Virus record (IMG/VR): IMGVR_UViG_3300007734_000754
Coordinates: 1 to 64,000 of that record
DNA from: a virus
Lineage: Duplodnaviria > Heunggongvirae > Uroviricota > Caudoviricetes
DNA: 64,000 nt
Direction: 5' to 3' (one strand)
Program-made: the position numbers and the translations under genes
Shown here: positions 1-9,639 of the stretch, in pieces
How positions within the stretch are numbered: the stretch's first letter is position 1
Layout: each line of letters opens with the position of its first letter
Notes under the pieces: model-generated
What the model was told of the DNA's origin: nothing
The model's database searches: none
What the model saw: only the letters and a program-made list of their open reading frames with translations

Positions 1-89
1 TTTTTTTTGTGCTATTTATATCAAAGAGTTACTATAAAATTTTGTTACTATTAATTAGTTGTATTCTAACTAACTTAAAAAAATATTTT

Positions 90-344
90 ATGGGATTTTT
101 CAGTATCTTTAAAAAATCAAATGATTATAACGAAAAAGTTATAATTGGATTCTTATCATTCATGGTAATGGTAGCAGCAATTACAGTAGACCTTATAACA
201 GGTTACATGGGTAAACCATTAGAACTAAACGAATACATCTTTGATTCATTTATGTATATCTGTCTTGGTTCATTCCTTCCAGACGTCTTAGAGAAGTTTG
301 CAGGATTTAAAAATGGCAAAAAAGAAAACAATAACGAAGAATAA
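90..344 (+). CDS. small membrane protein, holin candidate (ORF-track start at 9 is GTG; first ATG is at 90)
   Basis: 84 aa with one or two hydrophobic segments (VIIGFLSFMVMVAAITVDLITGY) and a charged C-terminus. Sits immediately upstream of the endolysin. Confidence 0.4.
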   Translation: MGFFSIFKKSNDYNEKVIIGFLSFMVMVAAITVDLITGYMGKPLELNEYIFDSFMYICLGSFLPDVLEKFAGFKNGKKENNNEE

Positions 345-354
345 AAATTAGATT

Positions 355-966
355 ATGAGTTTAAAAAGTTTACAAGAAAAGATTGGAGTAACAGCAGATG
401 GTGCTTTTGGTCCAGGGACAATGAAAAAAGCAATGGAGTTTTATAAATTAACTCCAGTAAGAGCAGCACACTTCTTTGCTCAAACAGCACACGAAACAGG
501 AGGGTTTAAAGCATTTGCAGAGAACTTAAACTATTCAGCAGACGGACTAAAAGGTATCTTTGGAAAATACTTTCCAGGTACATTAGCAGAATCGTATGCT
601 AGAAATCCTGAAAAGATTGCTAATAGAGTATATGGAGCAAGAATGGGTAACGGAGCAGAGGCTACAGGAGATGGATTCAAATTCAGAGGAAGAGGAGCTC
701 TTCAATTAACTGGAAAAGAAAACTACAAAGCATTCTCAGACTATTTGAAAAAACCTGAAATCATGACTAATCCAGATTTAGTAGCAACTACGTTCTCATT
801 CGAATCAGCGATGTTCTTTTTTGATAAAAACAAATTGTGGTCAATTTGTGATCAAGGAGTTAATGATGCCTCAATTTTAGCTCTTACAAAAAGAATTAAC
901 GGTGGTACTCATGGTTTGGCTGACCGTTCAGAAAAAACTAAAAAGTATTACGAATACGTTAAATAA
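355..966 (+). CDS. endolysin, glycoside hydrolase family 19 (chitinase-like lysozyme)
   Basis: AAHFFAQTAHETGGF matches the GH19 catalytic signature (FLAQTSHETTGG). Size of 203 aa is typical of phage GH19 endolysins. Confidence 0.85.
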   Translation: MSLKSLQEKIGVTADGAFGPGTMKKAMEFYKLTPVRAAHFFAQTAHETGGFKAFAENLNYSADGLKGIFGKYFPGTLAESYARNPEKIANRVYGARMGNGAEATGDGFKFRGRGALQLTGKENYKAFSDYLKKPEIMTNPDLVATTFSFESAMFFFDKNKLWSICDQGVNDASILALTKRINGGTHGLADRSEKTKKYYEYVK

Positions 967-973
967 ATTTGTT

Positions 974-1213
974 ATGGCTAATTTTGATTTAAAAACTTTT
1001 TTAATTGAGAATAAATTAACAGTCAATTCTAGACTACTATCAGAAGAGGTAGAGGAAACTGGATGGGAGAATTACCCTGACGATGCACTGCTTAATAAGT
1101 ATAGAGATTATGAAAGAAGGAAGTACGATCTAGGAGCACAAGCGGCTAAAGATTTTATTTATTTAAAAAAAGAATTAGCTAAAAGAGATCTTAACATATC
1201 AGAAAATAATTAA
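974..1213 (+). CDS. hypothetical protein; N-terminal motif shared with ORF 26140..27417
   Basis: Internal ATG start chosen to avoid out-of-frame overlap with the endolysin. FDLKTFLIENKLTVNSRLL is about 70% identical to the N-terminus of the 425-aa protein at 26140. Confidence 0.45.
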   Translation: MANFDLKTFLIENKLTVNSRLLSEEVEETGWENYPDDALLNKYRDYERRKYDLGAQAAKDFIYLKKELAKRDLNISENN

Positions 1214-1220
1214 GTATAAG

Positions 1221-1646
1221 ATGAAAACATCACTTTTAATTACATTATCATTGACAACAGCATTCGCATTTATAGGTTCGTATTTTATGCACCTAACAGC
1301 AGATAACATCGAGCAGTTCCTAGCAGTAGGGTTGGTCGTATTCGCTGATGGTTTCTTTGGCATATGGGCAGGAGTTAAAAGAGAAGGTTTTCAAACTTGT
1401 AAAGCCTTAAGCGTATTAAAAACATTTGGTTTTTGGACAATAATGCTAGCAGCTATCTTATCAATAGAAAAAGGATTTACTGGAACATCATGGTTAAGTG
1501 AAACTATTATGGCTCCGTTCCTGGTATTCCAGTTAATCTCTATTCTAAAGAATGCCTCAATGGTAGGCATAGTAAAAAATGAACTAGTAACTCAAATACT
1601 AGACAGACTAGATAAACATAAAGGAGACAGAGATGTTACAGAATAA
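1221..1646 (+). CDS. multi-pass membrane protein (3-4 TM), alternative holin candidate
   Basis: 141 aa with four hydrophobic helices. Located in the lysis cassette. Confidence 0.45.
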   Translation: MKTSLLITLSLTTAFAFIGSYFMHLTADNIEQFLAVGLVVFADGFFGIWAGVKREGFQTCKALSVLKTFGFWTIMLAAILSIEKGFTGTSWLSETIMAPFLVFQLISILKNASMVGIVKNELVTQILDRLDKHKGDRDVTE

Positions 1647-1986
1647 ACAAAACATTTTACTTATTATTGTAGTTGTATTAATTGGTTACAGTATTTTCAA
1701 TACAAACAGCATCAGAACAGATGTGAAAGGGTATAAGGCTGAGATAGAACAACTACAAACCAAAGTAGATTCAGCTAAAGTAGTAAACCAACAAATTGAT
1801 ACTAAAATTGATTCAGTAAAAGAGAATGTAATTTCTATCACGAAAGAAATACATCACATAGATAATACCATAACAATTGTAAAAAAACAAACAGATGAAA
1901 AAATTAATACTGTTGATAAGTTTTCTAATGCTGAGCTTGAATTCTTTTTCACAAACAGATACAACGAAGGTAACACTACCAACTAA
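1633..1986 (+). CDS. i-spanin-like protein (N-terminal TM anchor plus coiled coil)
   Basis: N-terminal TM (ILLIIVVVLIGYSIF) followed by heptad-like, charged, coiled-coil-rich sequence. Overlapped by the next ORF in the +1 frame, the Rz/Rz1 arrangement. Confidence 0.4.
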   Translation: MLQNKQNILLIIVVVLIGYSIFNTNSIRTDVKGYKAEIEQLQTKVDSAKVVNQQIDTKIDSVKENVISITKEIHHIDNTITIVKKQTDEKINTVDKFSNAELEFFFTNRYNEGNTTN

Positions 1987-2293
1987 AGTAGTAAGACTAG
2001 CAGCTAAAGATTTAGTTCGCTACGATGGATGTAAAGAAGAGCTAAAACTTACTCAACTAAAAGTTACAAAACTAGAAGAAAGAGAAGTACAGAAAGATAC
2101 TATCATTAAACTTCTAAATGATAAAGATGATAATAACAAATTTATAATTCATCAACAAGAATTACAAATCGGACAGTATGAACATATGACTGACGATTTA
2201 CAGAAAGAACTAAAAGGTCAGAGGAATAAGACATTTTGGTACAAAGTACTTTCTTTTGCAAGTTTAGCAACCTCATTATTCCTTATAAAGTAA
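1895..2293 (+). CDS. secreted/anchored protein overlapping the i-spanin-like gene (o-spanin-like or unimolecular-spanin-like)
   Basis: Signal peptide MKKLILLISFLMLSLNSFSQ, coiled-coil middle, C-terminal hydrophobic segment. Start is embedded within the previous ORF. Confidence 0.35.
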   Translation: MKKLILLISFLMLSLNSFSQTDTTKVTLPTKVVRLAAKDLVRYDGCKEELKLTQLKVTKLEEREVQKDTIIKLLNDKDDNNKFIIHQQELQIGQYEHMTDDLQKELKGQRNKTFWYKVLSFASLATSLFLIK

Positions 2294-2300
2294 ATCAATC

Positions 2301-2339
2301 AAGGCTTGTTTTTTCAAGCCTTTTTTCTTATATTATAGT
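2301..2339 (+). terminator. intrinsic terminator hairpin (aaggcttg-ttttttc-aagcc + T-run) followed by a promoter-like TATATTATAG box
   Basis: Perfect 7-bp stem plus U-tract. An identical 39-nt element recurs at 61894..61932. Confidence 0.6.
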
Positions 2340-2356
2340 TATATAAAAATGTTATT

Positions 2357-2626
2357 ATGAATGATAGAGAAGGAACCTTTACCATTGATGAAGGAAAGTC
2401 GAAGAAAGAATTAGTAAATCACCCAAACCATTACGGAGGAAAAGATAATCCCTACGAAGCAATTAAAGTTATTGAAGCTTGGGAGTTAGGTTTCTGTTTA
2501 GGGAATACAGTAAAGTATATTTCAAGAGCCGGAAAGAAAGATGATATAGTACAGGAGCTTGAAAAAGCTTTATGGTATTTAAAAAGAGAAATCAAAAACT
2601 TAAAAGATGGCAAAGAAAATTCTTAA
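2357..2626 (+). CDS. DUF3310-like phage protein
   Basis: HPNHY ... GNTVKYISRAGKK ... LEKALWYLKREI resembles the DUF3310 signature seen in many phages. Confidence 0.45.
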   Translation: MNDREGTFTIDEGKSKKELVNHPNHYGGKDNPYEAIKVIEAWELGFCLGNTVKYISRAGKKDDIVQELEKALWYLKREIKNLKDGKENS

Positions 2627-3548
2627 ACAGGTAAGCCTGGTAAGAGACTTCTGTAAGCCAGTTATAGATTACAACATCAGCAAATCAATATCGTATAGTC
2701 AAACTCTAGCATATAATACTTGTCCGCATCAATGGGCATTGAAGTATGTTAAGGGATTGCAAGAGTATAAGCCTTCCATTCATACAGTTTTTGGTACAGC
2801 AGTACACGAAGTTATGCAGGAATGGTTAACAGAACTTTACGAAGGAACTGTAAAGAAGTCAAATGAAATGGATTTAAGTACCCTACTGTTGGAGAAGATG
2901 CAAACAATTTATGCTCATGAAAAAGATAAGTACGGAAAACATTTCTCTACCTCTCAAGAGTTATCTGAGTTTCATAATGATGGGGTTGAAATCTTAGAGT
3001 ACGTTCGTAAGAAACGCTCTGTTTACTTCGGAACCAAGTACTATAAGCTTGTTGGAGTAGAAATTCCCTTAGTACATAAAATAGCCGAGAATGTTTTCTT
3101 TAAAGGATATATTGATATTGTTCTCTACGATGAGCAGGATAACAAGTATATCATTCTAGATATTAAAACATCAACCTCAGGATGGAATGATTGGGCTAAA
3201 AAGGATGATAAGAAGCTAGCACAATTACTTTTATATAAAGAATTCTTAGCAAGACAGTTTGATATAGATGTCGATAAGGTAGATGTAAAGTATTTTATCG
3301 TTAAAAGAAAAGTACCTGCCAATCCAGAATTTCCTGCAATGGGTAGAAGAGTTCAAGAGTTTGTACCACCTTCAGGAAAGATTAAAAGAGGACAAGCAAC
3401 TACAGCTCTTGCAAAATTTATTGATGATGCTTTTGATTCACATGGAAAATATATTGACAAGGAGTATGATAAGACACCTTCTAAGGTTAATTGTATGTTT
3501 TGTGAATTTAAAGGAACAGAACACTGTCATGCAGGTGTTTTAGGATAG
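2607..3548 (+). CDS. PD-(D/E)XK nuclease, Cas4/RecB-like with Cys cluster
   Basis: GYIDIVLYDE...ILDIKTS (D..D-x-K), QLLLY (QhxxY motif), N-terminal Cys (NTCPHQW) plus C-terminal CMFCEF...HC cluster typical of Cas4-like Fe-S exonucleases. Confidence 0.6.
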   Translation: MAKKILKQVSLVRDFCKPVIDYNISKSISYSQTLAYNTCPHQWALKYVKGLQEYKPSIHTVFGTAVHEVMQEWLTELYEGTVKKSNEMDLSTLLLEKMQTIYAHEKDKYGKHFSTSQELSEFHNDGVEILEYVRKKRSVYFGTKYYKLVGVEIPLVHKIAENVFFKGYIDIVLYDEQDNKYIILDIKTSTSGWNDWAKKDDKKLAQLLLYKEFLARQFDIDVDKVDVKYFIVKRKVPANPEFPAMGRRVQEFVPPSGKIKRGQATTALAKFIDDAFDSHGKYIDKEYDKTPSKVNCMFCEFKGTEHCHAGVLG

Positions 3549-3583
3549 GGGTATATTTATATATAAATATAATTATATAAACT

Positions 3584-3766
3584 ATGAACACTAAAAAACT
3601 AACATCAGTTAAGGTAGAGGAGGATCTTCTACAAGAATTTAAAGAGCAATGCGTAAGGCATAAATTTTCGCTACAGAAGCTTGTAGACAGAGCAATTTTT
3701 TTGTATATTACAGAAGAGGGGTTTAAACAAAGACTTCACACACAAACAAATATTAAATTAAAATAG
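3584..3766 (+). CDS. ribbon-helix-helix (CopG/Arc-like) DNA-binding protein
   Basis: 60 aa with a beta-strand (TSVKVEEDL) followed by two helices. Preceded by a TATAAATA-containing box at about 3556-3566. Confidence 0.4.
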   Translation: MNTKKLTSVKVEEDLLQEFKEQCVRHKFSLQKLVDRAIFLYITEEGFKQRLHTQTNIKLK

Positions 3767-3770
3767 TTAC

Positions 3771-5216
3771 ATGAAAGAAAAATTTCGTTATGTTAAGAAA
3801 GAGGATCGTAAGAAGATTCTTTTGTTATGCGATGATATTAGGATGCATTCCGGTATCGCAACTATGGCTAGAGAGATTGTTGTAGGAACAGCACATCACT
3901 TCAATTGGCTGAATGTAGGAGCAGCAATTAATCATCCTGAAGTAGGAAAAGGGTTTGATATCTCTCCCGAAGTAAATACTATTGCAGGATTAGATGATTC
4001 ATGGGTAAGAGTACTACCTAGTAATGGTTACGGAGATGCAATGCTTGTTAGAAATTTAATCGCTCAAGAAAAGCCAGATGCAATTTTTATCTTCACTGAT
4101 CCAAGATATTGGACTTGGTTATTTGAAATTGAAAGAGAAATTAGAAGTCAAATTCCAATCCACTATTTAAACATTTGGGATGATCTTCCAACACCTCTTT
4201 ATAATAAATCATACTATGAATCATGTGATTTATTGATGGCTATCTCAAAACAAACTAAAAATATTAATGAAATAGTTTTAGGAGAAACAGCTAAAGATAA
4301 AATTATCAAGTATGTTCCTCATGGAATAAATCATGAGCACTTCTTTCCTATTAGACAAGGTCATGAACATTACGATGTACTACAAGAGTTTAAAAAGAAT
4401 ATGTTTGGTGGAAAAGAGATTGACTTTATAGTTTTATTTAATTCAAGAAACATCAGAAGAAAATCACCAGGGGATGTAATTCTTTCTTATAAAATGTTTT
4501 GTGATTTAATTGGAGAAGAAAAATCAAAACGATGTGCTCTTGTAATGCATACACAACCTGTAGATGAGAATGGTACAGATCTTTATGCAGTAAGAGAAGC
4601 TCTATGTGATGAAAATTACGTAAATGTATTTTTCTCTCAGGATAAATTAGAAACTCCGCAGATGAACTTGCTTTACAATATAGCAGATGTAGGATTACTT
4701 ATTACTTCAAACGAAGGATGGGGATTATCTTTAACTGAAACTATGATGGCTGGTAGAATGATTATTGCAAACGTTACTGGGGGTATGCAAGATCAAATGA
4801 GATTTACAGATAAAGATGGTGAGTGGATTGACTTTAGTTCAGACTTCCCTTCTAATCACAGAGGAACTTATACAGATTGTGGAGAGTGGGCAGTACCGGT
4901 ATTCCCTTCAAACATATCCTTAGTTGGATCAGTTCCTACACCTTATATCTTTGATGATAGATGTGCCCCGGAAGATGTAGCAAAGGCTATTGAGCAGGTA
5001 TATAACATGCCTAAAGAAGAGAGAGATGCTAAAGGACTAAAAGCAAGAGAATGGGTAACATCGGATGAATCAGGAATGTCAGCAAGACAAATGTGTGAGA
5101 ATGTAATAGATGCAATGGATGAATCATTTGAAAAGTTCACACCAAGAGCAAGATTTGAATTATATAAAATAGAAGATAGACCAAAGAAACGTATAACACA
5201 TAAATTATTATACTAA
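3771..5216 (+). CDS. glycosyltransferase family 4 (GT-B fold)
   Basis: EGWGLSLTETMMAG matches the GT4 E-x7-E donor-binding motif. Confidence 0.7.
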   Translation: MKEKFRYVKKEDRKKILLLCDDIRMHSGIATMAREIVVGTAHHFNWLNVGAAINHPEVGKGFDISPEVNTIAGLDDSWVRVLPSNGYGDAMLVRNLIAQEKPDAIFIFTDPRYWTWLFEIEREIRSQIPIHYLNIWDDLPTPLYNKSYYESCDLLMAISKQTKNINEIVLGETAKDKIIKYVPHGINHEHFFPIRQGHEHYDVLQEFKKNMFGGKEIDFIVLFNSRNIRRKSPGDVILSYKMFCDLIGEEKSKRCALVMHTQPVDENGTDLYAVREALCDENYVNVFFSQDKLETPQMNLLYNIADVGLLITSNEGWGLSLTETMMAGRMIIANVTGGMQDQMRFTDKDGEWIDFSSDFPSNHRGTYTDCGEWAVPVFPSNISLVGSVPTPYIFDDRCAPEDVAKAIEQVYNMPKEERDAKGLKAREWVTSDESGMSARQMCENVIDAMDESFEKFTPRARFELYKIEDRPKKRITHKLLY

Positions 5217-5219
5217 GTT

Positions 5220-6512
5220 ATGAATAAACCAACAGTAGTAGTAAGTTGTCCAATTGACACTTACTCAGGATATGGAGCAAGAGCAAGAGATTTCGTACAA
5301 TCAATTATCGATTTAGATAAGTACGATGTAAAAATATTAGGACAAAGATGGGGAGGAACCAGATTTGGATACTTAAAAGATCACAACAACGAATCTTTAG
5401 CATCTAGAATTATTCCGCAAATGACACAGCAACCAGATATCTGGATCCAAATTACAGTACCAAATGAATTTCAAAAGGTTGGTAAATATAACATTGGAGT
5501 AACAGCAGGAATTGAAACAACACTTTGTGACGGTTCTTGGATTGAAGGTTGTAATAGAATGGACTTAGTTCTAGTATCAGCACAACATGCTAAAAAGGTA
5601 TTTGAAGAAAGTAAATTCAATTTACAAGATAATCAAACAGGACAAATTACAGGTCACCTAGCATTAACAACAAAAGTTGAAGTTGTATTTGAAGGAGCTG
5701 ACATAGAGAAATATACACCATTAGCTTTTCCAACTAAAATAGATCTTTCAGATATAGATGAACAGTTTTGCTTTCTAACAGTAGGTCACTGGCTTCCAGG
5801 AGAGGTAGGAGAGGATAGAAAGAATATAGGATACACTATTAAAGCATTCTTAGAAACATTTAAGAATAAACCTAAAGGAAAACGTCCAGCACTTATCTTA
5901 AAAGTACAAGCAGGAATTGGAACTTCTATTATGGATAGAGAGGAAGTATTAAATAAAATTGATACAATAAGACAGACTGTAAAAGGTGATCTACCAAACA
6001 TTTACCTACTACATGGCGATATAACTGATGCTGAAGTAAATGAATTATATAATCACGGTAGGGTAAAAGCAATGATTTCTCTTACAAAAGGAGAAGGATT
6101 TGGTAGACCTTTACTGGAGTTTAGTTTAGTAAATAAGCCAATTATAGCTTCTTTCTGGTCAGGACATACAGACTTTTTAGATGCTGAATTTGTAAAGTAT
6201 GTAGGAGGTAAACTTACAAACGTACATCCTTCTGCAGCAGTCGATAAAATGTTATTAAGAGAAAGTCAATGGTTTTCACCGGATCCTATCGAAGTAGGTA
6301 GAGCATTTAAAGACATTTACGAAGATTACGATAAATGGAAGACTGCAGCAAAAAGACAAGGACATAAGAGCAGAACTAACTTCTCTTATGAAAAGATGAG
6401 AGAGACGGTAGATACCCTGTTAACACAACATATTCCCGAGTTTCCTAAGCAAGTTCAATTAAAATTACCACAATTGAAAAAAATAGAGTTACCTAAATTA
6501 AATAAAGTATAA
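5220..6512 (+). CDS. glycosyltransferase, GT4-like
   Basis: GEGFGRPLLEFSLVNKPIIAS resembles the GT4 E-x7-E region. N-terminal Rossmann-like half. Confidence 0.5.
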   Translation: MNKPTVVVSCPIDTYSGYGARARDFVQSIIDLDKYDVKILGQRWGGTRFGYLKDHNNESLASRIIPQMTQQPDIWIQITVPNEFQKVGKYNIGVTAGIETTLCDGSWIEGCNRMDLVLVSAQHAKKVFEESKFNLQDNQTGQITGHLALTTKVEVVFEGADIEKYTPLAFPTKIDLSDIDEQFCFLTVGHWLPGEVGEDRKNIGYTIKAFLETFKNKPKGKRPALILKVQAGIGTSIMDREEVLNKIDTIRQTVKGDLPNIYLLHGDITDAEVNELYNHGRVKAMISLTKGEGFGRPLLEFSLVNKPIIASFWSGHTDFLDAEFVKYVGGKLTNVHPSAAVDKMLLRESQWFSPDPIEVGRAFKDIYEDYDKWKTAAKRQGHKSRTNFSYEKMRETVDTLLTQHIPEFPKQVQLKLPQLKKIELPKLNKV

Positions 6513-6970
6513 TGGAAGAAAAAATGATAGACTGTCCACATTGTGGAGGAAATGCCTGCTACCAGCAGGAAGTAACTAAAGAAGTAACAACACAGTTTTG
6601 TTTTGGATGTGGCTTTACAACATCTACTCTAATGGTTGAAGGATCAAAAGTAGTATCAGACTGCTTAGAAACTTCTCCAGAACTTTATAAAGACTTAATG
6701 TTTGTTGACGAAAATAAGCAGGTGTGGTTTCCATCCACTATAACTCTTCCTGAGAAAGGAATGGTATTCTTAGATGGAACTTCTAAAGAAAATTGGAAGT
6801 GGGCAGCAGTAACAGCTACAAAAATCTTAGAAGAAGAAAAATCTAAGTTCCCAAAAGAGCAAACACACAAAATGAACATGAAAGAAATAAAACACTTTGA
6901 ACAAAGAGATTTTATGGATTCATTAGATGTAATAGGATTTTTCGATATAGAAGTTGCTTCTGAAGAATAA
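6512..6970 (+). CDS. hypothetical protein with N-terminal zinc ribbon
   Basis: CPHCGG...C-x17-CFGC four-Cys arrangement. ATGG overlap with the upstream gene. Confidence 0.4.
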   Translation: MEEKMIDCPHCGGNACYQQEVTKEVTTQFCFGCGFTTSTLMVEGSKVVSDCLETSPELYKDLMFVDENKQVWFPSTITLPEKGMVFLDGTSKENWKWAAVTATKILEEEKSKFPKEQTHKMNMKEIKHFEQRDFMDSLDVIGFFDIEVASEE

Positions 6971-6988
6971 ATTTCATATATTAATATA

Positions 6989-7603
6989 ATGAAAATAAGT
7001 TATGCAATAACAGTTTGTAATGAATTGGAGGAAGTGAAAAGACTAGTCAACTTCCTCCTTTCTAACAAACGAAAAGAAGACGAGATAGTAATCTTGTTTG
7101 ATGAGAAGAACGGAACAGATGAAGTATTTGATTATATAGAATCTCAAGTTCATGACTGTGAAGTCTTCTGTGAAAAGTTTCAAGGGCACTTTGCCGATTG
7201 GAAAAACTTACTAACATCACACTGTACAGGAAATTATATCTTCCAAATAGATGCTGATGAAATTCCTCATATCAATTTAATTGAAAACCTACCGGAAATG
7301 CTGAAGACTAATGATGTCGATATGCTTAGAATACCTAGAGTAAATACTGTAGAAGGATTAACAGAGGAGCATATTAGGAAGTGGAGATGGAATGTAAATG
7401 AAAAAGGATGGGTGAATTGGGCCGATTGGCAAATGAGAATTTACAAGAATGCTCCTCACATAAAATGGGTCAATAAAGTACATGAAGTATTACAAGGATT
7501 TAAGATTCATGGGATGCTTCCACCGGAAGAGGAATGGGCCTTATATCATCCAAAGACAATCGACAGACAAGAAAGACAAAATAACTACTATGACACACTC
7601 TAG
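6989..7603 (+). CDS. glycosyltransferase family 2-like (GT-A fold)
   Basis: Weak GT2-type N-terminus (ITVCNE...) with a D-x-D-like acidic stretch. Confidence 0.4.
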   Translation: MKISYAITVCNELEEVKRLVNFLLSNKRKEDEIVILFDEKNGTDEVFDYIESQVHDCEVFCEKFQGHFADWKNLLTSHCTGNYIFQIDADEIPHINLIENLPEMLKTNDVDMLRIPRVNTVEGLTEEHIRKWRWNVNEKGWVNWADWQMRIYKNAPHIKWVNKVHEVLQGFKIHGMLPPEEEWALYHPKTIDRQERQNNYYDTL

Positions 7604-8441
7604 TCCGTTAACACATTGTATATCAACATATAACAACTTGCCGTACCTAAAACTGGCAATAGAGTCTGTAAGAAAGAATTCATATTATAAGGATGCTCCT
7701 TTTATTATACATGCTGAAAATTGTACAGATGGAACAAATGCATGGTTAGTAGAGAATGCTGAGAGGTATAATCTACAATACTATGTGGATGTTCATAACG
7801 AATCTCCAAAAGGTATTGGAGGTGGAATGAATTTCTGTGCTGAAAAAGTAGAAACAGAATACATAAACTTTCTTCATTCAGACTTCTATGTTACTAAGGA
7901 TTGGGATATAGAATTACTAAAGATACATCAAGCACATTCAGAAGAAAAATTATGGGTTAATTCCTATAGAGTAGAACCTAATATGTTTGACTCTCCTCAA
8001 AGGTACGGTACCTTACTAATAGGTAAAGATATTTTTGGAGGCTACCATGATAACTTCTTAGCTCAAGCATTTGAGAATTGGGTTGAAGAGTTGAAAGGAA
8101 TGAATGACTACTTTGAAATCCCTAAAGGAGAAGGAGTATCAGGATTAGTAAAAAAATCTGTATGGGATGAAGTTGGAGGTAATGATCCAAGATTTGCTCC
8201 AACCTCTTGGGATGATATGGATTTGTTTTTAAGAATGTTACAACACGGAGTTCGATTTATATTACCGTTTAGTTCGATTGTATGGCACTTTGGAGCAAGA
8301 GGTTCTCATAGATTAGAAGAAAATGAAGGACAGTCCTCTCAAAGACAAAAACAGGCAGAGCAAAAAAATATCTCTAAATGGTTGGAGAAATGGAAAAAAA
8401 TGCCTATCTTTGATGAATACGGAATGATAAAACAGTTTTAG
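7590..8441 (+). CDS. glycosyltransferase family 2-like
   Basis: Internal ATG start chosen (track ORF 7482..8441 overlaps the previous gene out of frame). LTHCISTYNNLPYLKLAIESV and ENCTDGT resemble the GT2 signature and DxD region. Confidence 0.5.
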   Translation: MTHSSPLTHCISTYNNLPYLKLAIESVRKNSYYKDAPFIIHAENCTDGTNAWLVENAERYNLQYYVDVHNESPKGIGGGMNFCAEKVETEYINFLHSDFYVTKDWDIELLKIHQAHSEEKLWVNSYRVEPNMFDSPQRYGTLLIGKDIFGGYHDNFLAQAFENWVEELKGMNDYFEIPKGEGVSGLVKKSVWDEVGGNDPRFAPTSWDDMDLFLRMLQHGVRFILPFSSIVWHFGARGSHRLEENEGQSSQRQKQAEQKNISKWLEKWKKMPIFDEYGMIKQF

Positions 8442-8442
8442 T

Positions 8443-9639
8443 TTGAAAAAAAATATATTAATATTTGCATCTGATGAACGAGCTACTTTAGAACTAGTAA
8501 ATGTAGTAAAAGAGTTAGCAAAGCAAGAAGAAATAAACTACTTCTTTCTATATAGTAATGCGGTAAGTACACAGCATCCTAAGTATAATCTAGATGCATT
8601 TAACTACGACAGTAATATTGAATCTACTGTTCCTAAATATTCATTTCCATCATTAGGATGTGCATTACCTTTCATACCAGACCTAGTACTTATTACTAGA
8701 GAAAACTGGTTACCGGAGAAAGAAATACTATTAGAGTGTAAACAGGCAGGGAGTATTATAGTTAATCTAGAAAATTCAAGCTGGTTATACAACAACATTA
8801 AAACAAAATTAGAACTATTAAGTAGAAAATCTTTTCCAACTAACTTAATAGACGTATATCTAGACCACAGTAAGTGGGTATTAGAAACAAAAGAATTAGC
8901 TGATTGGCCTACATATAAGTCAAAAGTAATAGGAGTTCCTAAATTTGATAACTTAAAAGATATCGAACCTGTACATAAGGATAAGCCTATCATTATTGTA
9001 TATGGATCAATGGAAGTAAATATTCGACCAAGTATTATAAATAAGTTAGACTCAATCGAAAAAAATCTTACTGATAAATTTCAAATTTACTATAGACCAC
9101 ACCCAAAAGAGTTTGAAGATTTCTCTTCTGATTTTGAGAATAATTACCTAAAGGAATACCCCACTGTTACGGTAATACATAACGAGCAGGATTTACCTGC
9201 AATAGTAAAAGCATCTGATATCAATATAGGAATATACTCCTCAGTAATGTTCTATGCACTTTTACTTGATAAAAAAATAGTATATATTGATTCAGATATC
9301 TCAGGAGTATCTTCTGATCTAAATATAGAAAGTTTTAAAGGTCATGAATATAATTTCTGGGCACCTATTATTAACGTTAGTTCTTTTGAAGAATTTGTAG
9401 ATAAAATAGGGGTGGACTTTATAGAAGCATCTAAACAAAGAAATACATATTTAGAAAATAAAATACAAAAATGCTTAATAAAGTATACAGATAATTTTAG
9501 TTGGATAGAGAATAATATATTATCTAATAATAAAGAACTGCTTTCATTCTACGATGAATTTGCAGATTTTAAAGCATCACAAAGAGTAGTACAATTAATA
9601 AAAACAATCATAAATAATGAAAGAGAATTTTTACAGTAA
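8443..9639 (+). CDS. hypothetical polysaccharide-biosynthesis protein (possible GT-B-like)
   Basis: 398 aa within the glycan island. No decisive motif; lacks the PseG IGxGH signature. Confidence 0.35.
   Translation: MKKNILIFASDERATLELVNVVKELAKQEEINYFFLYSNAVSTQHPKYNLDAFNYDSNIESTVPKYSFPSLGCALPFIPDLVLITRENWLPEKEILLECKQAGSIIVNLENSSWLYNNIKTKLELLSRKSFPTNLIDVYLDHSKWVLETKELADWPTYKSKVIGVPKFDNLKDIEPVHKDKPIIIVYGSMEVNIRPSIINKLDSIEKNLTDKFQIYYRPHPKEFEDFSSDFENNYLKEYPTVTVIHNEQDLPAIVKASDINIGIYSSVMFYALLLDKKIVYIDSDISGVSSDLNIESFKGHEYNFWAPIINVSSFEEFVDKIGVDFIEASKQRNTYLENKIQKCLIKYTDNFSWIENNILSNNKELLSFYDEFADFKASQRVVQLIKTIINNEREFLQ

Noticed and set aside
8443-9639. Assignment of the 398-aa ORF as PseG (UDP-sugar hydrolase)
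   Set aside because: The N-terminal PseG/MurG-like IGxGH signature is absent. It is left as a hypothetical polysaccharide-biosynthesis protein.
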